Origin: Phoronis australis
Lineage: Eukaryota > Animalia > Phoronida
Direction of reading: 5' to 3'
Assembly (NCBI GenBank): GCA_002633005.1
Contig: NMRA01000553.1
Coordinates: 160,830-224,829 of the forward strand
Length of the DNA: 64,000 bases
Shown: positions 39,285 through 49,968 of the stretch, piece by piece
How positions within the stretch are numbered: position 1 is the first letter of the stretch
Layout of the letters: each line of letters starts with the position of its first letter
Notes under the pieces: generated by a model
The model's database searches: none
Seen by the model: only the letters and a program-made list of their open reading frames with translations
What the model was told of the DNA's origin: nothing
Position numbers and translations under genes: made by a program

Positions 39285-40726
39285 GCGAGAAGTGATTTTG
39301 CGATAGGCATAAAAATCGCTTATCTTTAACAAGTGTCCAAGTATACAGCGCTTTAAACGCTGCATATCTACTCTGATCAAATAAACACGCAGTTCTAAAC
39401 TTAACGCTACGATATTCGTTACGGTAAACTGGAGGAGTATAAATGACATCAAACGCTCACATGGGATGTACAAAACACTATAGGCCTACCACTGCTAACA
39501 AGACAGTGAAAATTTAATGCTATGAATCTACCGTCTGAAATATACTAACTACATCGTGATTATCCTTTTAGCAAAATTCAAGTTAAAGAAAAGTACATTC
39601 ATTAAAAATCAACGACATCATTAACTTCACCAAATTTCGTTCGATAAAAGTCCAAGGTGAAATCCTAAAGACGCTGTAGCAGTTTTCTTATGTCATTTCG
39701 CAAAAGCGAAACACTGTAAAACAACTCCTAATAGGATTTTAGACGACAGTGCATGAAGCATAGTATCTGAAATCTTCATTAGAATTTGATTTGCCATTTG
39801 TGAGATATTACGTTCCGAAGTTAATACTATTTACCATTATAGACGTTATAAAACCGACCGAAACTTACACTTAAATCATAATATTTGAAATTTGCCACTT
39901 CTTATTGCTTGAGGCCATGTTCGGCTTATAAAACGACCCCCGGCGGCGTGGTCTTGAGCAATAATCAGCCACTCCAAACTTTTATTTTGGACACTTTCAC
40001 CCCTTTCTTGCGTATTTCTACAACCACACACCTTTGGGTTTATTGATTTTGAGCAGATGCACGTGTTTTTCAAATGAATTTCCTAAGGACGTTTATCGAT
40101 ATAGGTATGCTTAATGCCGTTTTAGCCAGACTGTTCTAAAAACCCCTCGACCCCCAAACCCCATGACTCACGACCACCTCGACCCACGACCCCCGCGACC
40201 TGCGGCAATAGAGGTATCTTGACGCTTTTTACACATTTCAAAATCTCATTATGTCACTGAATGACTTTCCCATAAGACTTACCTACACGAATCTGCGCTG
40301 CGGGAATTATTAGCACTTGGCCTCCGTAATGTGCCTGCGACCACCTGCTTTGAAATAAAATTTCGTACTCGGCACATATTGTCACCCAGACGACAACTGT
40401 TGTCGATGATGATATTTATGGCATATATTGTCGCACTCGGCACATCAATATTATTACTGAGGCGAAATATATATGTCACGAGCGACAACACTTCAGAGCT
40501 GTCGTAGCTGCGACTGTACAGACAACTTTTGACGAAACGGCCCCTGTTTTACTGTAGAAATTGTGGCTTTTTGTGAAAGACGTTTTTCTCTCTTCGTTCA
40601 TCTGTCTACTTACCGAACTTGGCAGAAAGTCGTTTGATATTCGTCACCATAGTTAGTAAATTCATTTAACAGTGGGCTGCGACACTTTTACAATACTTGT
40701 TGACATATTTTTTTAATTTCCCTCAG

Positions 40727-40842
40727 GGTATCTCTGCTGGGCTCACCAACAGATCAGTTACCTAGGGTTGTGAATAAGATTTCTATACCCGTCTATCCAA
40801 TGAGCACTGTGCCATCGCTAGTGGCTACCTTCCAACAAACAG
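40727..40842 (+). CDS. TREX-B exon 2 (VSLLGSPTDQLPRVVNKISIP...QQTG)
   Basis: 116 nt, AG/GT bounded, same phases as TREX-A exon 2. Confidence 0.85.
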
Positions 40843-41519
40843 GTTTGTAGTCTTGTGGATATTTAGAAGTACGGTCATGGTCTGTCCCCGGCAGTGAGCA
40901 GGGCCACTTTAAATTCGTCCATTTCAGCAAAAACACAGAAACGCGGTCGAGTAGAGGGGCCTGGGGGCAACATTCTTTCTGCATTTTAATGCCACCCATT
41001 ACAAACGGCAAAAGAAATGTGTTTAAATTGAAACATGCGTGTTCATACGGTACATCTTTGTCACAGACTGCTGATCTACTCCTATAAACAGATTATGGTT
41101 CATTTTCTGTCCTAAAATGTTGCACGGTTGGCAAAAGTCAAATTCGACTGTATTATATATTTTGAGTGCACCATCACGTGATTTACGAACTCTAACTGTG
41201 GAGATATCATCAACGCTAGGACCTACGCTAGGACCTCACTAAAGTATATCCAAAATCACGTGTTTTCATTTACAATACAAGGCAATATCTCAGGTTATAT
41301 CGTGAAGTCTTACTTTTTAGCGAGGTCTTAGCGTTATTCAACTCTTCCGCGGAGTTAGCTTTGCCCTTGTGAGTTAAAACGGCGTGGTAAAGCTGAATTC
41401 TTTTGATGAAGACCACTTACTTCAAAAGTGGTATCACAAAATTGTCCCTTGCTCAGTAGAGAATTGATTTCTGAGTTTGTAATGAATTGACACTGAGTTC
41501 GCTATTCCTTGAGACCATT

Positions 41520-41725
41520 TTTAGCACAGCTCCAGAATACGCTTTCGCATTATATCCAAGTTCTCATTCACTCCATTGCATACATTCATTAGTAAAACCG
41601 AGCTCAGATGAGTAGGAAACACCTTTGTGCAATGCTCGATTGTCAGCCAGTGAAGCCAGGATTCGAACCCAGGTCTCCCAAACAGGAGTCCGGAGCTCAA
41701 ATCACTGAAGACCACTTGAGACCGC
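41520..41725 (-). mobile_element. tRNA-derived SINE-like element in TREX-B intron 2
   Basis: B box GGTTCGAATCC (41659-41669) with a degenerate A box upstream. No complete cloverleaf. Boundaries approximate. Confidence 0.55.
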
Positions 41726-41951
41726 TGATGGCGTGTAAAACGACTCGCCGTGACAAGCCAACTTGTCGGAGCATGACCATGGTCTCAATGTAATAACGAA
41801 CTGCTTGTTCTTTCGAAGCACTGAAACCACCTTTAATTTCACAAAGGAATAATGTGAAACCATTTCATTACGTGTATGAGGTTTAAATCAAAAGTTGGTT
41901 TTGTCATAGCCGCTTTAAATCATAGTCACATTTATTTTCCTGCATTTCCAG

Positions 41952-42997
41952 GCCTTGACAACTCTAGTTTGTTGTACCAAAAAGACTTTGACAAAGATCT
42001 CGCTACACTGATTAACATCTTCCTTGGCCGCCTTTATCCCCCCGTATGTCTGGTAGCTCACAATGGCTACTTGTTTGACTTTCCATTGATTGCGAAAGAA
42101 CTGACGAGTATCTCTATGCAACTGACGCAGACGTTACTCTGTGTCGATTCTTTGGTTGCTTTCCGCGCGTTTGATTGGCTGTCGCTGGCACCAGGCGCTG
42201 CAGCATCGGCACAGACCACCAACGAGACGACCCCGATAAAGGATAAGCTTACAGTAAACGCGACATTAAAGAGAAAAAGGTTCTCAGAAGACATGAACGA
42301 TTCCAGAACGATAGATGTCAAACGAAGACTTTTTCGAGAAACACAAGCTTCTGATTCTGACGAATGTCTAAGCCAAGATGTGCGCAAAGACTGTGCCAGG
42401 AACGACTGCAGTGGCGAAACATTTTACTGGCCCGATCTTCGTGAAATTATGAACACGCCATGGGAGTACGTTGACGAGGACTTGCCTCGGTGTGCGTCAT
42501 CATCGACTTGTGATGACTCGTGGCATCAGGAGCGAGCGGAGGTTGGCATGTCGAGTAAAGGTCACATGGACAGTAAATCTCTAAAATCGGGAATTGTGCT
42601 CAGTCCGAAACCCAACTTTGGCAATGAGATGTCTAGTGGCAAAACCGGCCAAAGTGTCCACGGTAACACTTCCAAAGAAAAGTACAAGCCAGTTTCCATG
42701 AAGCTCCCAGATATACACCAGTTTGTTGTTGGAAGACCTCCAGACAGTGTTCGTTCAGCCGAAGACGACTGTTTATCGTTAGTCCGGATTGTACAACGTA
42801 CCGCAAAGTGGTTCTGTTCTTGGACTGACCAGAACGCACGGCCGTTTAGTAGTACCAAATTCAAGTGTGCCATGAAAAAATCTAGAGATTTTCCTAGGGG
42901 GAGCTTCCCATATAATCATAACCAACAGACGACGCCACCAAGCACTAGCAGTTCTCGCCGACCTGAGCCTCCTCCACGTTGGAAAGTGAAACTTTAA
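41952..42997 (+). CDS. TREX-B exon 3 (ExoII intact, ExoIII VRSAEDD); total 431 aa, predicted catalytically inactive
   Basis: ORF 41876..42997, acceptor CAG ends 41951. Clear paralog of TREX-A. Confidence 0.88.
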
Positions 42998-43424
42998 AAC
43001 AGAGCGGCTGTAGTCCTGGTCAACGAGAACAGCTACTGTTTACTAGATGGCAATGATAGCAGCCTGTAGGAGTTTGATACGAACAGTGAGAAATTATTGA
43101 CAGTATGAGGTCAAGAACAAGTGAACTAGAGGACCAGTGAAGATTGAGCTTTTTGCAGGTAAACAAGCGCTAGGTCACACAATCAGAAATTTGATTAAGA
43201 AATGAGGAAGTGGCAAAGAAAAATATCATCTGCTTAAACTGGATTAAAAAGTAAATAAATAAACTAGACTTGGCTGAGACCGAATAAAAATACAAACATG
43301 AAACTGTAGATTTTACACTGGTTTCAACTGATTAAGGTCATTTCATTTATTATTGTTGGTTAATTATTAGAAAGTTTATGTCATATTTTTGTGTAGGTTA
43401 TTTTTGAATATCACGGGTGAGAAA

Positions 43425-43549
43425 CAACATGACCGACTCACCCAAACAGGACTGACGCACCTAAAAACATGACCGTCCCACCACAAAACAGGACTGACGC
43501 ACCTAAAAACATGACCGCCCCACCACAAAACAGGACCGCCGGGGACTGA
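43425..43549. repeat. ~42-bp tandem repeat (3 units) ending at an N
   Basis: AACATGACCG.CCCACCACAAAACAGGACTGACGCACCTAA units. Confidence 0.8.
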
Positions 43550-46396
43550 NGGGATGTCATTTTTACTGTACTTTGAGAGTAACAGAATTCATTCCCTTTT
43601 GTTTTTAAAAAGATTACTGTTTTGATATTCTTTGATTCAAATAAACTGCAAACATAAATTTAACGTGTGTAATACATTTTGAAGTCGGGCAACTAGGGTC
43701 TTACTGAGTTGCATCTGACACCAATTCGCAACAGTGGCACGATGCCATACATATCCTTATTCGATTTTAGCTACGGCTTTACACTCGCTCGTTTTTGTTG
43801 ACGTACAACCTAGGGGAGATGAACTGGCAATTTGCAGTTGAACTTGTAATGGGTTTGAAATTGCGCTTTACGCATGGCAAAATGCAAATTTGGAAAATAA
43901 AGAGTTGTATCACAGTTGCGGCATCGTTGTTCAGTGGGTGAGCAAGCACGAGGGCCCACATCTGACCCAAACCGCACGGCGTCTAGGTGTACACCTATCG
44001 CAATGACGTCGTTGGGACGTCTGTACACGAATTGTATGCCTTGAATCATCTCCGCCACAGTTTGAAACTGTAAAGGCGCCAAGCATCGTTGCCCTCGCTT
44101 GCATCGATCTTGACAGCCGTGAATTGCAGATTGATAAAGTGTACAACGATATGTGAAACTGCAAGTACATGTATACGCTCACAAATAGATCCAATATCGC
44201 CACAGGCAGCAGAAACTGAGCCATGTGTTGAGATCCTGAGGCCTCTTGTTTACGATTATAACCGTTAGATCCAGTTAACCTCGCCGGCCAAGGCAACATT
44301 GTCGAAAAAATAAGATTTTAGAAACTGTCTGATACGGCCGGGGGGGGGGCACTCGAATATATTTGGACGGGGGGTGCCGCCCGAAAATTTTGGATACTTA
44401 CCAGTTTAGAGGGAAGGTTCGGACAAAAATTGACCCATTTAGAGACTAATTTTGTGCAAAATTTCACATTTTCTCGCAGTTCTGTTATAGAAATTCAGAA
44501 AAGGCACCCTTTGAGATAGTATGTTGTGGAAAATGGCACCATTTTGGAGAGCATTTTTTTGCTGTGAAAAAACACCCATTGGGTGGCACTTTTCGTAAAC
44601 CTCTTCTATACGAATGCCTTCAGGGCTGACACGGCAGGAATCTGGCTACCCCTTATCATTTTTATTACAATGACATTACTATTACTACTTTCACTACTAT
44701 TACTCGTTATCGTTATTATTATTATTTTAAAATTTATCTAACGAAGACACAGTGCAATATACACAATTCATGTTTTAGTAAAGTGCTAAAACATCACGGT
44801 CCTCAAAGATATTAAAATCATCTCATTTATGGTTCGATGTTTTTACCGGGCTTCCCATAATGGACAGCGAGTGCTATAGCAAAAGGATTCTAAAAGGGTT
44901 TCTATGTTCAGCCTTAACGATATTGTGAGAAATGTCTTGTCAGCTGTAGATGCAGAGTAGATCCTCACATATAATTTTAGTCGACGTACATTGACAACAA
45001 AGTATCTGCAGAAGGCAGAGCGTCGCCTGTGCAGTAGGCAATACTGCAGACGACAGCGGCACCGGGACAATCGACTTGTCTTCCAACCGTGAACAGAACA
45101 CAGAAAATGAAAAACAATGTATCATATTATTAAATAACAAATAATACTTACCTTTCCTTAGGAAACGTAAAAAATGAAATGTCTGGGGTTTTCGTGGATG
45201 AATTAGTGCATTTTGTCGCACTGCAAAATGCGACATTTCCCATTGTTCTCGCGCTTCCTACTTTACCGTTGCTTATTCACCACTGGGCGGCGCTAGTGGT
45301 AGCGATAACAACGAACTCACAAGTGAACTCTCCTAGTACACTCCTTGCAGTTTCGAAAAAAGGTCTGAAACCCTGGTCGGATGTCATAAAAGGGCATTTT
45401 CGGGAAAAATGCTGCGGTTTTTCTACTGATGCCCTTCAACAGGTCTATCATATGTTTATTACGTCCTAGGGCCCCTCCATATGGACAAAGTACAACAGGA
45501 TCTGCACTTGTCGACCCTCCAATCACCCACGTTCACCCGGTCACCACCCTGCTTATGACGCATTTCCGGAATCGGTATAATCGCATGCAGACGATCCTTC
45601 AGTTGACAAAATACAGATGGAATTTGTTCGTAAGAAGCCTACAGTGAGAACAGTTCTAAAGTTACTTCTTTTCTACTAAACAAATATACCACCCTAAGCC
45701 GCATATTTAATTTTAGGTTGCATCCACAATTAGTTATGCAGTATTTTCAAACGCGGCAAATCGCCCAACATCCATACAAACGACTAATTTCTCATGGCCC
45801 ACACGCAAACCAAATCTAAAGCACGCTCGTTCGATACAAGGTACGACCATTCCTGTGACGTCATTCTGTACATGTACTATAGAGATCGAGGTTTCGCAAA
45901 GCGACATGAGCGTGAATTACTTAAGTCCACGCGCCAATTCACGTTACAGTAACAAAAAGGGTTTCGCAACAGCTAAATGTTCATGTGAAAGTGTAAGTAA
46001 AGTGAACTGAATAACTGAACTTAGGTTGCCCAGTTCATGCAACAGCTAAATGTTCACGTGAACGTGAAAGTAAAGTGAACTGAATAACTGAACTTAGGTT
46101 GTCCAGTTATTGTAGGCCTAGTGCATATCAGCTAGAATACAAAAAAAATAAAAGTCACTCTGCCAATGCAACTTCTTTCACAAAAAAAGTCGTTTCTACG
46201 AATTTCTGCGAGAAATGGTCAAGTCTTAGAATGCAAAATCTATTTGCAGTTTGAAATAAATAGATACATGTAAATTAAGCATGTAAAAATTAATAACACA
46301 AAATTACACCTGTTCAAAATCGATAATACCAAGAGAACTCTGGCAGAATAAGACGTTCTTGCCACCTGGTATTTGAGTGTAGCCTCTGTTACTGTA

Positions 46397-46503
46397 TACC
46401 TTTATAGAGGGTATGAAAAGATACTGTAGACTCATTATAACCTTCCTCTCCACGGAAATATTTAGTAAAAGACGAAAGATTTATCTGTCGATTGAAGAGA
46501 AAC
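46397..46503 (-). pseudogene. Degenerate U5 snRNA (copy B)
   Basis: U5 homology with loop 1 GUCUUUUAC, damaged Sm site and 5' end. Upstream elements still recognisable. Confidence 0.85.
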
Positions 46504-47240
46504 TAATGTTCTCCTAGGGCTAGATGTATACACATGGGCCAGCAATCATTGTCTTGAAAGAGCAGTGCTGATATTACCGAACATGTAACTTTGGAAGATC
46601 TCGTGTTTCAATTATTTTACCTTGCTCAGCTATCTGATGGTGATTAATTTATCCCGCTTTGTACTCATTGCTATTAAAACCTCGCGAAAGAGAAAGTTTA
46701 ACAAAACAGTTGAATACAACACTGATATACAAGGGAAATCTCGTAATCATTCGATACCTAATGGCAGTTCAGTCAGAAACTTCCGGTGTTGCTCACCTCG
46801 TGCAGCTTCGTCGTGCTGTGTAAAGTAACTCCCGAAGGCTTCATTTGTAAAATTCCTGCACACTGTCGCGTACACGTGATTTCGTTAATTTCAGTTAAAA
46901 ATTACCAAAGAAGTATTTTGATTTCCTCAGATATTTAGAAAAGTGAAGTAAACGCGCTGGGGGTCTCAGAGACAGAGAATGGGTGCTTGCCTGGCAATAA
47001 AGGTGAGACAGAATCTCCATGTTTGCACTCGGGCCACAATCCATCTTCAGTGCATTTGTAAATAAAATCGTGCTGTTCACACTTCTAAATTTGTATGCGG
47101 GATTTCGCAAACTGCAAGGACCAACCCTGAAAGAATTGTTTAGGAAACAAAACTGAGAACATTGCTCCGTGCAATAATTTTATAAACCCTATCTTCTAAC
47201 ACGAAAGAACGTTTTTAGAATATGATTTAATTATGATATT

Positions 47241-47355
47241 TACCCTCTTTCGAGGGTTCGAAAAATAGTCTATAGACTCATTATAATGTTCCTCTCCACG
47301 GAAATCTTTAGTAAAAGGCGAAAGATTTATGCGTGGATTGAAGAGAAACCAGAGT
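47241..47355 (-). ncRNA. RNU5: U5 snRNA (copy C), identical to copy A
   Basis: 115 nt, all U5 hallmarks, PSE-like element upstream. Confidence 0.96.
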
Positions 47356-47392
47356 GCATACTAGTGTGACATCTCAGACTATTTAAGAACAG

Positions 47393-47421
47393 ATTAGTGT
47401 CTTGAACAGGTGTTGATATTG
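47393..47421 (-). promoter_or_regulatory. PSE-like element of U5 copy C
   Basis: TTGAACAGGTGTTGAT (plus strand) identical in copies C and D at equivalent spacing. Confidence 0.65.
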
Positions 47422-48417
47422 CCAAACACGAAACTTAATTGACAAATTTGGTTGTTCATTGTTTCATCTAGCTCAGTGGCAGTTTTTTATCTATTTTCCC
47501 CTCCTTGTATTCATGTCAATCAAAATTTTGTTAAAAGAAAGTTTTACACAAACTTTAAAGAATACAGATAAGAAATCTCACGATTAGGCGACACCTAACG
47601 GCGATTCATTCAGTTATCAAAAAATAAACCATCCAGTCACTCAATAAGAACATTCTTGATCGATAACAATTAGCTAAACGTTTTTCTACGACCTGATATT
47701 CAATTCAGGTCGTGTTAATCGTGTGTATACACATGATTACGTCTTTGGTTGGAACTTAGTTTACTATGAAGGCGACAGTGAAAACAGCTACAACTCAGTC
47801 GTGCACATTCCCTGCGGGCACGCTCATCTTCAGTGAGATTGTACTAAAATGAACTCGTGTTGGGTTCACTTAAAATTTTAAGCATGTTATCGTATGTACA
47901 GGATATCGTTAATTTTAGTGAAAAAATGTCCACTGCTTGGGTTATTTTGTGACGGCGTTTTCCCGTTCAGTGACTTTACCAATGTAGAATCGAACAAGTT
48001 GGGAGCAACGGGAAAACGTCGTAATGTTAATTTCTCCAAAGGTGCAAAATGTGAACACGGTGTTGTGGTCCCATGAACTCATGGGATGCTTGCTTGACAA
48101 TAAAAATAGGACAGATTCTCAGTCACAATTTGCACTCGGATCACATTAGCTCCCAAAGTTAAAATTTTTGAAGAATTATTTCGCGAAACCGATAAAACTG
48201 TAAGCACCAGTCCAGACCAACAATAATGTAGAATTGTTGGTCCGGTTGAAAGAATTGTGATTGTAGCAGCATTTCAGATAACACAATCATAGAAGAACAG
48301 CCCAGTCAGGACCTTGAATACCAACTCCCGCACGTGACATATGTATTAACCTATCGGAAGGCTTTTTAAAATGCACGGCAACCTCTTCGGCTGGGGAAAG
48401 CTTTCATCGATATAATG

Positions 48418-48532
48418 TACCCCCTTTCGAGGGTTCGAAAAATAGTCTATAGACTCATTATAATGTTCCTCTCCACGGAAATCTTTAGTAAAAGGCGAAA
48501 GATTTATGCGTGGATTGAAGAGAAACCAGAGT
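48418..48532 (-). ncRNA. RNU5: U5 snRNA (copy D)
   Basis: One substitution vs copies A/C, turning an A-U pair into G-U in the 3' stem. Confidence 0.96.
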
Positions 48533-48570
48533 GCAAGTTCAATGCGAGAGGTCAACTCATAAATGAAAGG

Positions 48571-48600
48571 ATTAACATTTTGAACAGGTGTTGATGGTAT
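48571..48600 (-). promoter_or_regulatory. PSE-like element of U5 copy D
   Basis: Same motif and spacing as copy C. Confidence 0.65.
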
Positions 48601-49167
48601 TGTACACGAAACTTTAAAAACATTAATTGTTCCAATATTTTATGTAGCTCAAGTAACCGACATTGATTAATTTATTGCACACATTTTACTCTAATGTGTT
48701 AAAACTTTGCCAAAGAAAGGTTCAAAACAAAAGTTAATAGTTGGCACATTAGGAATCTCGCGCTTGAGCGACACCAAACGGCGATTCATTCAGTTATCCA
48801 AAAATAAACCTCGTGAAACCCATATAACCACTGTTGAGTGATCATTACTGTTTGATTGTTTTCCTATGACCTGTTTTTTGTGTTAACCGTTTGCACACAC
48901 AGAAATAGCTTTGTAGATCTAGAACTTAATATGACTGGTTAGTTCGACATAACTCAACCTATTGCTGACTGACTGAAACCAAACGTTTTCGTACAGTCGC
49001 TAGGCCATATCAATTAAGTGCAAACACAGCGACATTCCGTACGACCTTGGTTTACAACGAAGACAACACTGATAGAGCTAGAACTTTCACTCTCTCTGGA
49101 GCACACCGTCGTCTTTAGCGCGATTGGAAAGGAATTGTACGTAGTTTAGAGTTTCTATTAAATTATG

Positions 49168-49283
49168 TACCCTCCCTCGAGGGTTCGAAAAATGAGTCTA
49201 TAGAGTCATTATAATGTTCCTCTAGACGGAAATCTTTAGTAAAAGGCGAAAGATTTATGCGTGGATTGAAGAGAAGCCAGAGT
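49168..49283 (-). pseudogene. U5 snRNA copy E, probably non-transcribed
   Basis: Full length with loop 1 intact, but several substitutions, a 1-nt insertion, and the PSE region replaced by a palindromic insertion. Confidence 0.75.
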
Positions 49284-49530
49284 AAAGGTACCTAAACTAC
49301 ACGGATAACGGACTCATAAACACAAGGCACGGACGCATGCCGAACTCGACTCACGGACCTGCAAACACCGTCCACTGACTCACAAACACGGGAACGGACC
49401 GCCAAACACTAGTCACATGGGTCAGCTGACATCTGCATTTTGTCCGTAAACCGCGTGTATTTGCAGTGAATCCGTTCCCGTGTTTGTGAGTCAGTAGACG
49501 GTGTTTGCAAGTCCGTGAGTCGTGTTCAAG
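49284..49530. mobile_element. Palindromic MITE-like insertion replacing the U5 copy E promoter
   Basis: Arms 49342-49398 and 49471-49527 are near-perfect inverted repeats. Confidence 0.7.
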
Positions 49531-49927
49531 CTGCCTATCATTTTCTGTTTAAACTTTGTCAAAATAAATTTAAAACAAACGTTAATTGTTTACACATTTA
49601 GAGTCTCACAATTAGGTAACACCTACCGGTCCGCATTCAGTTATCCAAAATAAACCTCGTGTCACCAGAAAGAGATAGTTATCTACCCAAATAACGCACT
49701 GTTGATGGATTATAATTAAATAAACGTTTATGTACAACGTGCTTTTCAATTCAGGCAGTTACCCGTGTGCACACACAGAAGTAGCCTTTGTGGAACTTAA
49801 TTTAGACTGGCAACGGTTAGTAGTTCGACCAGGCTGAAGTTTTTGCCACACCACGCCGGGGCCCCGGAGTGCACTCATCTCCAGCGCAATTGTAAATAAA
49901 ACTTGTATCATCCGCTTGCAAGTTTCC

Positions 49928-49968
49928 GTACCCTACTGCTAAGTAAAACGCGAAAGGTTTATGCGTGG
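49928..49968 (-). pseudogene. Internally deleted U5 fragment (copy F)
   Basis: GTACCCT followed by AGTAAAACGCGAAAGGTTTATGCGTGG, at the expected position in the repeat unit. Confidence 0.6.

Larger units (their letters stand above)
38865..39334 (+). repeat. 235-bp tandem duplication of TREX-B coding exon 1 with its splice acceptor
   Basis: 38865-39099 vs 39100-39334 nearly identical, with differences clustered at the donor. No N at the junction. Confidence 0.92.

Noticed and set aside
41640-41725. tRNA gene
   Set aside because: A B box is present but there are no consistent acceptor or anticodon stems; better explained as a SINE head.
43779-45650. Cys-rich or signal-peptide-like ORFs between TREX-B and the U5 cluster
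   Set aside because: No consistent exon chain or recognisable domain.
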